Source of the DNA: a virus
Virus record (IMG/VR): IMGVR_UViG_3300017917_004222
Location: 64,001-128,000 of that record
Strand: one strand, 5' to 3'
Length of the DNA stretch: 64,000 bases
In this document: positions 38,428-48,872 of the stretch, piece after piece
How positions within the stretch are numbered: the stretch's first letter is position 1
Layout of the letters: each line of letters begins with the position of its first letter
Position numbers and translations under genes: made by a program
The notes under the pieces: model-generated
What the model saw: only the letters and a program-made list of their open reading frames with translations
Databases searched by the model: none
What the model was told of the DNA's origin: nothing

Positions 38428-39570
38428 ATGAAAAGCACTGCAACAGTTCGAGCCCTGAATCCCCGCAATCCGGACACCAAATACATGGGCAACGAGCCCA
38501 CTTGGGAAGTCCAGCCCACTGCGGGCCGCATCACTGCCATGAGCCGTGCCTTCAACTGGTACAACTACTTCTACGGCAAAAAGGATGCCAAGGACTTTGT
38601 GGCAGCTTGGTTGGACAGCCAGGGTCGCACTGCAGATGCCAAGAAGATTCGTGCACTGTCTGACAGCCAGGTGCGAGCCACCACTGGCTGGTTGTGCCGC
38701 ATGGTCATGGTGGGTCTGGAACTGACTGAAGCGGAAAAGGTCAAGCTGTTGGCATCTGTGTCTGAACTCCTGATCAAGCACGATGAGCCCGCTGCAGAGG
38801 CTGAAGTGGTCAGCACCGAACCCGAAACACCGCGAGTGACCATTCAGGATCGCCTGCGTGAAAAGGTCAGTGAGTGCCTGGGCGAGCTGGACGGCTTGTT
38901 TGATGACTTTTTGGCGGCAGGCGCCAAGATGAGTGCAGATTACAAGCCCATTGCCACCATCCGTGGCATGAACGTGGCTCCGCAAATGATCAGCATGATC
39001 AGCGATCGTTGGAAGCAACGCCTGGCTGAATTCGAAGCGGTGCAAGCGGGCAAAGATGCCCAACTGGCGGAAGGCTATGGCAACTGGAGCAAGATCCAGG
39101 TGCGCAACATTGTCAAGTTCTGCGAGACTGTGGTGTCTGACTGCGGCGCATACGTGCAGATCAAGAAGGTGGAACGCAAGCCCCGCAAGGTCAAGCCCAT
39201 CACTCCGGAAAAACAAGCCAGCCGATTCAAGATCTGCGCTGAGTTTGCCGAACTCAAGCTCCGCAGCCTGCCAGCTGCACAGTTGGTGGACAAGACCGAA
39301 GCCTGGTTGTATGACAGCAAAAAGCGCAAGTTGATCCACTTGGTGGCTGACGAATACACCAAGACCTTCACTGTGAAAAACAACGCGGTGATTGGGTTCA
39401 GCACCACCGAAACTCAGCAGAAGACGCTGCGCAAACCTGCAGAAACGCTCAAATCCATCATGACCAGTGGCAAGCCCAGCTGCCGCAAGGTGTTCAAAGA
39501 CATCAAGGCCACTGAAACTGCCTGGAACGGGCGTGGCACTGAGAATCTGCTGGTGCTGCGAGTCTGGTAA
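38428..39570 (+). CDS. Conserved-looking hypothetical phage protein
   Basis: SD AAGGAG; start reassigned to MKSTATV. Confidence 0.75.
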   Translation: MKSTATVRALNPRNPDTKYMGNEPTWEVQPTAGRITAMSRAFNWYNYFYGKKDAKDFVAAWLDSQGRTADAKKIRALSDSQVRATTGWLCRMVMVGLELTEAEKVKLLASVSELLIKHDEPAAEAEVVSTEPETPRVTIQDRLREKVSECLGELDGLFDDFLAAGAKMSADYKPIATIRGMNVAPQMISMISDRWKQRLAEFEAVQAGKDAQLAEGYGNWSKIQVRNIVKFCETVVSDCGAYVQIKKVERKPRKVKPITPEKQASRFKICAEFAELKLRSLPAAQLVDKTEAWLYDSKKRKLIHLVADEYTKTFTVKNNAVIGFSTTETQQKTLRKPAETLKSIMTSGKPSCRKVFKDIKATETAWNGRGTENLLVLRVW

Positions 39571-39586
39571 GGTTGGGTGTTTTACA

Positions 39587-39612
39587 AAGTGGCGCTGAAT
39601 TCAGCGCCACTT
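39587..39612. terminator. Perfect 26-bp palindrome closing the early island
   Basis: aagtggcgctgaa|ttcagcgccactt. Confidence 0.65.
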
Positions 39613-39663
39613 CTCACATGTGTTCGGACAGGCACTCCCATAAATATAACATTGGAGCGCAAC

Positions 39664-40434
39664 ATGGCCGAGCAACAACAGGATACCCTATCTGTACTGA
39701 AACAACAACTGATTGACTACGTCAAGCTACAGCTGGGCGATCAAATCGTAGACATCGAACTGGACCCAGCCCACTACGAGGCTGCATACCAGCGCACCAT
39801 TGGCACTTATCGCCAACGGGCTAACAATGCATATGAAGAAAGCTACAGCTTCTTCATGCTGGTCAAGGATCAAAACGTTTACCAACTGCCGCAGGAAGTC
39901 ATGAGTGTGCGCCAGATTTTCCGCCGTACATTTGGTGATGCAACCGGACCCTACGCTTCAAACTTTGACCCGTTTGCACAGGCCAGTATCAATGTTTATC
40001 TCATGAACTTCAACGTGGCTGGCGGTCTTGCCACATACGACTTCTACAGTCAATACGTGGAACTGGCAGCCCGCATGTTTGGCGGTTATGTGAACTACAC
40101 TTTCAACCCAGTGACCAAAATGTTGCAAATCATTCGTGACCCCAAAGCCACTGGTGAAACTGTGTTGTTGTGGACCTACAACCTCAAGCCTGAAATTCAA
40201 CTGTTGAGCGACATGCAAATCCGGCAATGGATTCGTGACTACATGGTGGCCAACTGCAAGTTGATCATTGGTGAAGCTCGCGAGAAGTTTGCCAGCATTG
40301 CGGGCCCACAAGGTGGAACCAGCCTCAACGGTGCAGCAATGAAAGCTGAAGGCCAGGCGCAGATGGATGCCCTGATCGAACAGCTCAAAATGTATGTAGA
40401 CGGAAGCCAGCCGCTGACCTGGGTGATTGGATAA
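39664..40434 (+). CDS. Neck protein (gp13-like)
   Basis: LIDYVKLQLG..VDIEL; KFASIAGPQGGTSLNG; CATAAATA at 39639. Confidence 0.8.
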   Translation: MAEQQQDTLSVLKQQLIDYVKLQLGDQIVDIELDPAHYEAAYQRTIGTYRQRANNAYEESYSFFMLVKDQNVYQLPQEVMSVRQIFRRTFGDATGPYASNFDPFAQASINVYLMNFNVAGGLATYDFYSQYVELAARMFGGYVNYTFNPVTKMLQIIRDPKATGETVLLWTYNLKPEIQLLSDMQIRQWIRDYMVANCKLIIGEAREKFASIAGPQGGTSLNGAAMKAEGQAQMDALIEQLKMYVDGSQPLTWVIG

Positions 40435-40437
40435 TTC

Positions 40438-40884
40438 ATGTACCCATTGACATTTTACATCAAGTCCAAGCAGGTTCTTCGTGGTTTTGCAGGACTGACT
40501 TTTGGTCCTGTGGTGCTGATTGACGAAGCATATCGCAGCGATCGCGGCCTGCTGGTGCATGAACTCACACATGTTCAACACTGGGCAGTGCTCACAGCAT
40601 TGTGTTGGGCTGTGTTGTGGTGGTTCATGCCTTACACCAGCCCTTGGATTTTGGCAGCCGGTGCCAGTTCAGGTTATGGAATCTTGTATCAGTTTGTGGC
40701 CCCATTCCGCATGTGGGCTGAAATACATTGCTACCGCCGACAGTTGGCAGTGTATCGGGATGAGGGCGCCAGCGCGGCCGAATTGGCACGCCGCAAGAGT
40801 CGCCTGGCCCAGATCATCATGACCAAATATGATGATGCTCACGGCAGCCGCTCGCAGTCGTGGATTGAATCTCAACTGCAATGA
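40438..40884 (+). CDS. HExxH metallopeptidase-like membrane protein
   Basis: LLVHELTHVQH plus hydrophobic segments. Confidence 0.55.
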   Translation: MYPLTFYIKSKQVLRGFAGLTFGPVVLIDEAYRSDRGLLVHELTHVQHWAVLTALCWAVLWWFMPYTSPWILAAGASSGYGILYQFVAPFRMWAEIHCYRRQLAVYRDEGASAAELARRKSRLAQIIMTKYDDAHGSRSQSWIESQLQ

Positions 40885-41414
40885 GAGCCACGGAGTTTGC
40901 CAAAAACACTTGGCACATGTTGCTGAGCACCAGTGACAAAGAGGATGCAAGCGACCAGCTGATTGATCTGGTGCAAACTGCCTATGCCGCTGCACCACGT
41001 GGCAGCTTTGTTGCCAGTCTCGGTGATGTGTTGCCCAGCGACTGGCATGTGCTGGACTGGGACCAAGATCCCGACCTGGATTGTGCTGTGTTTTATCGTG
41101 GACCCCGGGCTCGGGAAACCTGGCGTGGATTCAAAATACAGGGCATTGGACACGATGGGCAGCCGGGCAGTCGCCGACGTGTGATCGAGCGTGTGCAGGA
41201 TCTGTTGAACCGCTCAGGCTGGTGGATTGAAACCTCAGATGCCATGCGATCGGCACTGTTGCGAGTGAACCAAACTCCTGTGACCGATGTGCGTGTGCTG
41301 CGGCGCCTGTTTCGTGATCCCGAGCTGGCGATGATTGACCGCGTGACCTACCGACGCAGGCTCAGTGACGGCAGCTCAGTGCTGGAAACTGTGTTCGGAC
41401 GGCCTGAGTTCTAA
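40881..41414 (+). CDS. Hypothetical protein
   Basis: ATGA coupling to the previous gene. Confidence 0.65.
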   Translation: MRATEFAKNTWHMLLSTSDKEDASDQLIDLVQTAYAAAPRGSFVASLGDVLPSDWHVLDWDQDPDLDCAVFYRGPRARETWRGFKIQGIGHDGQPGSRRRVIERVQDLLNRSGWWIETSDAMRSALLRVNQTPVTDVRVLRRLFRDPELAMIDRVTYRRRLSDGSSVLETVFGRPEF

Positions 41415-41429
41415 CACTTGCCTATTGTG

Positions 41430-41458
41430 TTGATCTCCCCTGTGATGTTTGCTACAAT
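41430..41458 (+). promoter_or_regulatory. Sigma70-like promoter
   Basis: TTGATC-17-TACAAT, 5 nt before ATG 41464. Confidence 0.6.
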
Positions 41459-41463
41459 GCAGC

Positions 41464-41985
41464 ATGCACTTGATGATCGACCTCGAAGGACTGGCAACTG
41501 GTCCCGACGCAACCATATTGACCATTGCTGCTCAGGCGTTTGACCCGTTTGGCAACAGCTATTACGATCAGCACTACTATGCTCGAATCACCTTGGAAAG
41601 CCAGGAAAATCGAGTCATTGACCAAGACACCATAGACTGGTGGGCCACACAACCAGCTGTGGTGCGCGATGAAGCCTTTGCCGAAGATGGGCGCATTCCC
41701 TTGGACCAGGCCCTGGACGAACTGGGGCGCTTGATTTGGCGCTCCCAAATGATCTGGAGTCAAGGCCCCACATACGACATGAACATCCTGGAGCATGCCT
41801 ACAAGAGCTATCACAAGTCCTTGCCCTGGAAATACTACATGGTTCGAGACAGCCGCACTGTGTTCAGTTTGTGGCCAGATCAGCCCATCCCACCCACCAC
41901 TCACCATGCGTTGGAAGACTGCCGCAGACAGATCGGTATGCTGCAGAGAACCCTGCGCCATCTCAAAGTAACAGCACTCAAATGA
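41464..41985 (+). CDS. DEDDh 3'-5' exonuclease (Rv2179c/DexA-like)
   Basis: HLMIDLE, WSQGPTYD, RDSRT, HHALED. Confidence 0.85.
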   Translation: MHLMIDLEGLATGPDATILTIAAQAFDPFGNSYYDQHYYARITLESQENRVIDQDTIDWWATQPAVVRDEAFAEDGRIPLDQALDELGRLIWRSQMIWSQGPTYDMNILEHAYKSYHKSLPWKYYMVRDSRTVFSLWPDQPIPPTTHHALEDCRRQIGMLQRTLRHLKVTALK

Positions 41986-42551
41986 CCCTACCCAAGCTAC
42001 TAATCATTGGCCACGGACGCCACGGCAAGGATACCGTGTGCGAGATCTTGCGAGACCAGTTCGGATTCCGATTCCAAAGCAGCAGCGAGTTCTGCGCTCG
42101 GCAGTTCATCTACCAAGAGCTGGCACCCAAATACGGTTACACCAGCTATGAACAGTGTTATGCAGATCGACACAACCACCGTGCCGAGTGGTTTGACATG
42201 ATCTACAACTACTGCCGCGAAGACAATGCCCGGCTGGGCCGCGAGATCTTCGCTGAATACGACATCTACTGCGGCCTACGCAACCGGGCTGAGTTTCATG
42301 CCATGCGCAACACCGGTGTGTTTGACCATTGCATCTGGGTGGACCGTAGCAACCATTTGCCCCCAGAAAACGCCAACAGCATGAACTTGGAAATCTGGAT
42401 GGCTGACTATGTGATCGACAACAACGGCACCCTACAAGCTCTTGAACGCAACGTGTGCGACTTGGCTAGGCATCTGGTGTCAAATCACCTCGCCGCCACA
42501 CAGAATCAGACTTTGATAAATCGATCTCGCAGTTACGGCACACAGTTTTGA
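41982..42551 (+). CDS. Deoxynucleoside monophosphate kinase-like P-loop protein
   Basis: IIGHGRHGKDT; ADYVIDNNGTL; start at ATGA overlap. Confidence 0.75.
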   Translation: MTLPKLLIIGHGRHGKDTVCEILRDQFGFRFQSSSEFCARQFIYQELAPKYGYTSYEQCYADRHNHRAEWFDMIYNYCREDNARLGREIFAEYDIYCGLRNRAEFHAMRNTGVFDHCIWVDRSNHLPPENANSMNLEIWMADYVIDNNGTLQALERNVCDLARHLVSNHLAATQNQTLINRSRSYGTQF

Positions 42552-42813
42552 GATTCTTGGCTTCGCAGTTGTTGAGATTGCCGTCCACATGATACACCAG
42601 GGTCTGCGCTGAATAACGTGCCCTGAAGCCACAGCGGTCACACACCATCTTTTTTCGATACCCAGCTGATTCCCAGTTGGGTTTTCTTTTGGGCAAATTT
42701 TTGTTCTTGCGAATGCAGTTCTCGCAACGGCTGCGATAGTGTACTACATCGCCCTTGCGATAGTTCACAGCACATGGTCGCTGGTTACAAACTGGACATG
42801 TGGGGCGGCTCAT
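42466..42813 (-). CDS. Zinc-finger/HNH-like protein
   Basis: CPVC, RCENC, CDRC, YHVDGNLNN...VCRNC; TATAAATA 4 nt upstream. Confidence 0.75.
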   Translation of the reverse strand: MSRPTCPVCNQRPCAVNYRKGDVVHYRSRCENCIRKNKNLPKRKPNWESAGYRKKMVCDRCGFRARYSAQTLVYHVDGNLNNCEAKNLKTVCRNCEIDLSKSDSVWRRGDLTPDA

Positions 42814-42817
42814 CAGG

Positions 42818-42825
42818 TATTTATA
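42818..42825 (-). promoter_or_regulatory. T4-type late promoter TATAAATA
   Basis: Exact consensus on the minus strand. Confidence 0.8.
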
Positions 42826-42910
42826 GTCCGGACCTTGGCAAAGGGCACCCTAACAGGGGTTTTTTACAAGAACCCAATAAATATCAATAACTTGAAAGGG
42901 AACCCATAAC

Positions 42911-45900
42911 ATGGCTCTAATATCACCTGGCGTAGAAGTTAGCGTAGTTGACGAAAGTCAATTCATTCCTTCTGCTGTTAACTCAGTACCATACTTCTTG
43001 GTCGCTACAGCGCAGAACAAAGTATCCAGCGACGGCGTCACTGTCGCAGCAGGAACCTTGGCTGCAAACGCAAACAAAACATACCTGATCACCAGTCAGC
43101 GAGATCTGGCTGCAACATTCGGCGTGCCATTCTTCTACAACACCACTACTGGTACTCCAATCAACGGTTACGAACTCAACGAGTACGGCTTGTTGGCTGC
43201 ATACAGCGCCCTGGGCGTTACCAATCGTGTGTATGTGCAACGTGTTGACGTTGATCTGACCCAACTGTCAGCAACACTGACTCGTCCAACTGGCAATCCT
43301 GCAAATGCAACTGCCTGGGTTGACCTGGGCGCAAGTCGTTGGGGTATTCAGGAATGGAACCGCGATACCAACACATTCACAGTCAAGACTCCACTGTTGA
43401 TCACCGAAGCAGCTGACATGGTTGATGCAGTCGGTGGTGACTTTACACCGCTGACCACTATTGGCAGCATTGGCGACTACGCACTGTCGTTCTATGATCC
43501 CAGCATTGTGGGCTACTACAAGAACAACAGCAACGTCTGGGTGAAAATTGGTAGCGATGCTTGGAAATTGAGCTGGCCAACTGTGCAGGGCTCGGCTACC
43601 CCCAACTCACTCACAATTGGCGCCAACCTCCTGATCAACGGTGTGTTGTGCACCGTGGGCGTGACAAACACCGTGAGCGGGTTTGTCGCAGTAGTCAACG
43701 GACTGTCCATTCCTGGTGTCACCGCAGCCAACGTGGGCGGCAAGTTCACTCTGTATGCAGACAGCACAGCAACCAACGATGGATCTTCAGCAGATGGCGG
43801 CATTGTCAGCATCGAAGCTGGCCCCAACAGCGGTGCTGCATTGTTGACCGAACTGGGCATGACTGCCAACGAATATGGTGCACCTGAGTATCTGCCCAGC
43901 TACAGCTATCAAGCTCCGCGCTGGCGCCTGACTGACACTCTGCCCAAGCCAACTGGCTCTGTGTGGAACAACATGAGTGCAGCCAACAACGGTATCAATC
44001 TGGTGTTCAAGCGCTATGATTCTACCTTGGGTGCATGGGTAGCACAGTCTACTCCGGCATACTACGACGATGCTGATGCATTGTTTGGCCTTGCTCCTGG
44101 ATCTGGCGGCGCCACACTGGCAGTGAATTCCACATATGTGTCGTTTGACGCCTACAGCCTAGGCGACACCGACGCCACACTGGGCTTCCGAATTCTGTCT
44201 CGCACAGCATCGGGTCCAACTGTGATCACCGGCAACGAGCAATTGAGCGGTACCCCGTTCATCGCTGGCAACCAGTTCACTCTATCTGCCACAGCAGCAG
44301 GGCAAGCAGCTCTGAACACAGCCACAGTCACAATTGGTGGCACTTCGGCGTCTGACTTTGTGGCAGCAGTGAGCGCAGCCAACGTGCCGTTTGTCAGCGC
44401 CAGCGTCAACAGCGATGGTTACATGGTTCTCACACACAGCCAAGGTGGCAACATGTACCTGGACAACATCCAGGGTCAAGGAACTCCAATTGAGGACGCA
44501 GGCTTTGTGGGCGGTCTTCCTGGTGTGCGCGTTGACACCCAGCTGAGTGCTTCTCCTGGCAGCTTGATTCTGTCCAACTGGGGTACTGCACCATATGTGC
44601 AATGGACCGCTGGCACAAGCGAGCCAACTGTGAACCCAGCTGACGGAACCCTGTGGTACTACAGCACCGCAACCGAAGCTGACATCATGATTCAGAACAA
44701 TGGTTCCTGGGTGGGATACAAGACTGTGACCAACGATGTTCGTGGTTACAACCTGAGCTTGACCAACGCAACTGGCCCAATCTTTGCAACCAGTGCCCCA
44801 ACCACACAAACCAACACAGCAGCAAGTCCGCTGGTACCTGGCGATCTCTGGATCGACACCAGCGACCTTGAAAACTATCCCAAGCTGTATCGCTGGGAAT
44901 TGGTGGATGCTGTGGGACAGTGGGTCGCTGTGGATGTTGCTGATTCTGTGACACAGAACGGCGTGCTGTTTGCCGATGCACGTTGGGGCACAAACGGGTC
45001 TGTAAACCCAATTGAAGACCCAATCCCCACCATCACAAGCCTGCTGACCAGCAATTATCTGGACCTGGACGCACCCGATGCTGACTTGTATCCACAAGGT
45101 ATGCTGTTGTGGAACACTCGTCGCAGTGGCTACAACGTCAAGAGCTTCCGTAGCAACTACTTCACACAGGCCAACTTCCCTGATGCGCCATCGTTGCCTG
45201 CTGAAGCCAACGCTTGGGTCACTGCCAGCGGCAACCGCCCCGACGGTGCAATGTATGCAGGACGCCTGGCTCAGCGACAAATGATCGTGAAAGCCATGCG
45301 AGCCGGTATCGACGGCAGCGCAGGAGCCCGAGAAGAATCCACAGAGTTCAACTTGCTGGCTTGCCCTGGCTATCCAGAGTTGATCACCAACATGGTTGCA
45401 CTCAGCAACGAGCGCAACAACACTGTGTTTGTGGTTGGTGACACCCCCATGCGCTTGCCTGGCGATGCAACTGCTATCACCAACTGGAGAAACAACAACG
45501 GTGGTGATGGATTGCCATCCGGTGACGGCCTTGATGTGTCTGGATCTACATCATTCAGTCAGTATCTGGCCACTTTCTGGCCCAGCTGCCAGACCAACGA
45601 CCTCAACGGCAACACTGTTGTGGCTCCTCCAAGCCACATGATGGTACGCACAATTCTGCGCAACGACGAGATTGCATATCCGTGGTTGGCTCCGGCTGGT
45701 ACACGTCGCGGTGTTGTGGACAATGCAAACGCTATTGGCTACATCGATGCAGCTACTGGCGAATTTGTGCAAGTGGGTGTGAACCAAGGCTTGCGCGATG
45801 TGCTGTACAACTTGTCGATCAACCCAATCACATTCGTGCCTGGTGTTGGTATCACCAACTTTGGTAACAAGACATCGACCACAATTGACAGTGCGCTGAA

Positions 45901-46222
45901 TCGCATCAACGTGGCACGATTGGTTGCGTTCCTGAGACAGCGTCTGGACCAAATTGGCAAGCTGTACCTGTTCGAACCCAACGATCAGATCACACGCAAC
46001 GAGATCACAAACACCATCAACAGTTTGATGATCGACTTGATTGCCAAGCGAGCAATTTATGACTACCTGGTGGTTTGCGACTTGAGCAACAACACACCAG
46101 CACGCATTGACCGCAACGAACTGTGGGTGGACATTGCTATTGAACCTGTCAAGGCCGTGGAATTTATCTATATTCCGCTGCGCATCAAGAACACAGGTGA
46201 GATCTCGGGAACAGTGGCCTAA
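42911..46222 (+). CDS. gp18: Tail sheath protein
   Basis: ISPGVEVSVVDES, PWLAPAGTRRG, LNRINVARL, LFEPND, IEPVKAVEFIY. Confidence 0.95.
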   Translation: MALISPGVEVSVVDESQFIPSAVNSVPYFLVATAQNKVSSDGVTVAAGTLAANANKTYLITSQRDLAATFGVPFFYNTTTGTPINGYELNEYGLLAAYSALGVTNRVYVQRVDVDLTQLSATLTRPTGNPANATAWVDLGASRWGIQEWNRDTNTFTVKTPLLITEAADMVDAVGGDFTPLTTIGSIGDYALSFYDPSIVGYYKNNSNVWVKIGSDAWKLSWPTVQGSATPNSLTIGANLLINGVLCTVGVTNTVSGFVAVVNGLSIPGVTAANVGGKFTLYADSTATNDGSSADGGIVSIEAGPNSGAALLTELGMTANEYGAPEYLPSYSYQAPRWRLTDTLPKPTGSVWNNMSAANNGINLVFKRYDSTLGAWVAQSTPAYYDDADALFGLAPGSGGATLAVNSTYVSFDAYSLGDTDATLGFRILSRTASGPTVITGNEQLSGTPFIAGNQFTLSATAAGQAALNTATVTIGGTSASDFVAAVSAANVPFVSASVNSDGYMVLTHSQGGNMYLDNIQGQGTPIEDAGFVGGLPGVRVDTQLSASPGSLILSNWGTAPYVQWTAGTSEPTVNPADGTLWYYSTATEADIMIQNNGSWVGYKTVTNDVRGYNLSLTNATGPIFATSAPTTQTNTAASPLVPGDLWIDTSDLENYPKLYRWELVDAVGQWVAVDVADSVTQNGVLFADARWGTNGSVNPIEDPIPTITSLLTSNYLDLDAPDADLYPQGMLLWNTRRSGYNVKSFRSNYFTQANFPDAPSLPAEANAWVTASGNRPDGAMYAGRLAQRQMIVKAMRAGIDGSAGAREESTEFNLLACPGYPELITNMVALSNERNNTVFVVGDTPMRLPGDATAITNWRNNNGGDGLPSGDGLDVSGSTSFSQYLATFWPSCQTNDLNGNTVVAPPSHMMVRTILRNDEIAYPWLAPAGTRRGVVDNANAIGYIDAATGEFVQVGVNQGLRDVLYNLSINPITFVPGVGITNFGNKTSTTIDSALNRINVARLVAFLRQRLDQIGKLYLFEPNDQITRNEITNTINSLMIDLIAKRAIYDYLVVCDLSNNTPARIDRNELWVDIAIEPVKAVEFIYIPLRIKNTGEISGTVA

Positions 46223-46228
46223 ACTGTA

Positions 46229-46250
46229 GGGGGCCGGGAAACCGGCTTCC
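46229..46250 (+). other. GAAA-tetraloop stem-loop between sheath and tube genes
   Basis: gggggccgg-gaaa-ccggcttcc; no U-tract. Confidence 0.55.
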
Positions 46251-46283
46251 ACAATAGGTAAATAAAGATATAGGAGATAACAA

Positions 46284-46925
46284 ATGGCAGTTTCATCACT
46301 ACAGAGAATGACAGTGCCCTTGGCAAGTGACCAGAGTGCAAGCACTCAGGGCTTGCTGATGCCCAAACTGAGATATCGCTTCCGCGTGTCCTTTGAGAAC
46401 TTTGGTGTAAGCAAACCCACAACTGAACTTACCAAGCAGGTTGTGAGCTTTGCTCGTCCCAACTTGAACTTTGAGCAGATTGCTCTTCCAGTTTACAACT
46501 CGACCCTGAAGTTGGCCGGACGTCACAGCTGGCAGCCAGTGCAGTGCGAAGTTCGCGACGATGCCAGCAACGCAGTTGCCAAGCTGGTGGGCGAACAGTT
46601 GCAGAAGCAGATGGACTTCTTGGAAATGAGCTCGGCCAGCTCGGGTATTGATTACAAGTTCCTGACCAAAGTTGAGATTCTCGACGGTGGCAACGGAGCT
46701 AACGAGCCGGTTGTGTTGGAAACCTGGGAACTGTACGGTTGCTACCTGGCCAGTGTGGACTACGGTCCCCTGAACTACGGTGCTAACGAAGCCGCTGCAA
46801 TCACCATGACCATCGAATATGACAATGCCAACCAGACTCCTAACGGAACTGGTGTTGGTACTGCAATTGGTCGTACCCTGGGTGACGTTGTAACTGGTGC
46901 TGGTACCACTCAGACTCAGGTCTAA
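46284..46925 (+). CDS. gp19: Tail tube protein
   Basis: Directly after sheath; PKLRYRFRV, LAGRHSW, WELYGC, ITMTIEYD. Confidence 0.85.
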   Translation: MAVSSLQRMTVPLASDQSASTQGLLMPKLRYRFRVSFENFGVSKPTTELTKQVVSFARPNLNFEQIALPVYNSTLKLAGRHSWQPVQCEVRDDASNAVAKLVGEQLQKQMDFLEMSSASSGIDYKFLTKVEILDGGNGANEPVVLETWELYGCYLASVDYGPLNYGANEAAAITMTIEYDNANQTPNGTGVGTAIGRTLGDVVTGAGTTQTQV

Positions 46926-46940
46926 CACAAGGGGTAGCCC

Positions 46941-48080
46941 ATGAACGGTGGCGGCCCTTTCGGTCAACAAATTCTACAAGGGTTTTTTGGGTCAAGTAAC
47001 TTGCGTGATTACACTCACGCAAGCAAGACCTTTCTTACCAACAGCTACGAACTTAAACCTCGGTTCAAGTTCTTGTTTCACGTCAAATTTGTGCTCAACG
47101 TGGGTGAGATTCGCGGACTGCAAAATGCTGGCATTTTTCAACAGCAAGAAATAACAAATTTGAGCTTGGCAGTCAAGACCATTGATCTGCCCAAGTATTC
47201 GGTTGATACCGAAGTCATGAATCAATACAACCGCAAGCGACTGATTCAGACCAAGATCAACTACGATCCCATCAACATCACATTTCACGATGATGGTGGA
47301 GACAACATTCGTGAACTTTGGTATCAGTACTACAGCTACTATTACAAAGATCCCAGCTACAAACTGGACACCACTCCCAACACCAACGGGTCCATAGGCG
47401 AGATACAGCAACAACAGACTGGATTTGGCTATCAGCCGCGAGACATCTACTCTCAGCAGCGAACAGGCAATGTCAACGACTGGGGCTTTATTGGTGAAAA
47501 CTACGGCGATGCCAGCAGCGGCACCAGCGGCAAGCCACCTTTTTTCAAGCAGATTGAAATCTACGGTTTCGATCAGCACAAGTACGCCAAGTATGTGTTG
47601 TTCAATCCGCTGATTACCAACTGGTCGCATGACACTTACGACTACAGTCAAGGCAACGGTATCATGCAAAACTCCATGACTGTGCGATATGAGACTGTCA
47701 AATATTTCAGCGGTGCACTGAGTGAGTCCAAGCCTGATGTCAACATTGGAACCTTCCCGGATCCAGCACACTACGACACCACCACAAGCCCAATTTCCCG
47801 TCCTGGCTCAACTGCCACAGTGTTTGGTCAGGGTGGAGTGTTGGAAACCGCAGATGGTATTCTCAAGGACTTGCAATCGAACAGTGTCATGGGCCTGCTG
47901 GGCGCTGCACAAAAGGCCGGAACAGCATACAACACTTACAAAAACAAAAATCTTGCGGCCATTGCCAAGAGCGAAACAGTCAAATTGGGCACCAATGTGT
48001 TGATCAACAACTTGCCTGCAGCCACAAGAGCCATGACAAACAAAGCTGATGGGGTATTCTTCCCCAAGGAGAAAAAGTGA
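46941..48080 (+). CDS. Tail-tube-fold protein (tube initiator, gp48/gp54-like)
   Basis: VKTIDLP, INYDPINITFHDD, MTVRYE. Confidence 0.65.
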   Translation: MNGGGPFGQQILQGFFGSSNLRDYTHASKTFLTNSYELKPRFKFLFHVKFVLNVGEIRGLQNAGIFQQQEITNLSLAVKTIDLPKYSVDTEVMNQYNRKRLIQTKINYDPINITFHDDGGDNIRELWYQYYSYYYKDPSYKLDTTPNTNGSIGEIQQQQTGFGYQPRDIYSQQRTGNVNDWGFIGENYGDASSGTSGKPPFFKQIEIYGFDQHKYAKYVLFNPLITNWSHDTYDYSQGNGIMQNSMTVRYETVKYFSGALSESKPDVNIGTFPDPAHYDTTTSPISRPGSTATVFGQGGVLETADGILKDLQSNSVMGLLGAAQKAGTAYNTYKNKNLAAIAKSETVKLGTNVLINNLPAATRAMTNKADGVFFPKEKK

Positions 48081-48436
48081 GCACAGTAAACAACACCAAC
48101 TATCAGTTGGATCAGAGCGTGAGAATCTTTGACGAATTCTACAACTACGATGCTCTGGTTCCGTCTGCCGAGTATGACCTGGTGTACAGTTTCTTCAAGA
48201 AAGAAATGCCCAGCGACACGGTGGCAGCAAACTTTGCTGCCAACTTGTTTAGGGTAGCAGACACCACTGGAGTTCCAGTCATGGATCTGCTCAAGAGCAT
48301 ACAAGGATCCACAGGACTGCAACTCACTGCCAGCTTGGCCTACTATCTCAACAACATTCGAAGCAATGCTACTCTGCTGGGCGTGAACACCGCCACCAGC
48401 CCCAATCTCTATGCTGCACGGGCTGTGATCACATGA
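48077..48436 (+). CDS. Hypothetical virion protein
   Basis: GTGA and ATGA overlaps with neighbours. Confidence 0.65.
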   Translation: MSTVNNTNYQLDQSVRIFDEFYNYDALVPSAEYDLVYSFFKKEMPSDTVAANFAANLFRVADTTGVPVMDLLKSIQGSTGLQLTASLAYYLNNIRSNATLLGVNTATSPNLYAARAVIT

Positions 48437-48867
48437 GCAACAACTGGGCACAGGGCTTTTACGAAGTCATGAACCCGCAAAAATATGTGGGCAATCGCCG
48501 CCCACGATATCGTTCGGGCTGGGAACTGGGATTCATGCGCTTCTGTGACACCAACGATCACATACTGCAATGGGCCAGCGAAGCCATCCAAATCCCATAT
48601 CGACACCCGCTCACTGGCAAACAAACCATCTATGTGCCGGACTTTTTGATCACTTACCGAACTCGCAACAACACAGTTCGTGCCGAATTGATCGAAATCA
48701 AGCCCAAAAAACAGAGCGTGCTAGAGTCAAAAATGAGCAGTCGAGACCGTGCTGTGGTTGCAGTCAACTACGCCAAGTGGGATCAAGCTGCCAAGTGGTG
48801 TGCTGCACAAGGCATTCACTTTAGAATCCTAACCGAAGACCAGTTGTTTCACCAAGGCCGAAAATAA
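48433..48867 (+). CDS. gp4: Head completion nuclease (T4 gp4-like, TnsA fold)
   Basis: NPQKY..YRSGWE, WASE, YVPDF, IEIKP, AKW, FRILTE. Confidence 0.85.
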   Translation: MSNNWAQGFYEVMNPQKYVGNRRPRYRSGWELGFMRFCDTNDHILQWASEAIQIPYRHPLTGKQTIYVPDFLITYRTRNNTVRAELIEIKPKKQSVLESKMSSRDRAVVAVNYAKWDQAAKWCAAQGIHFRILTEDQLFHQGRK

Positions 48868-48872
48868 TATCC

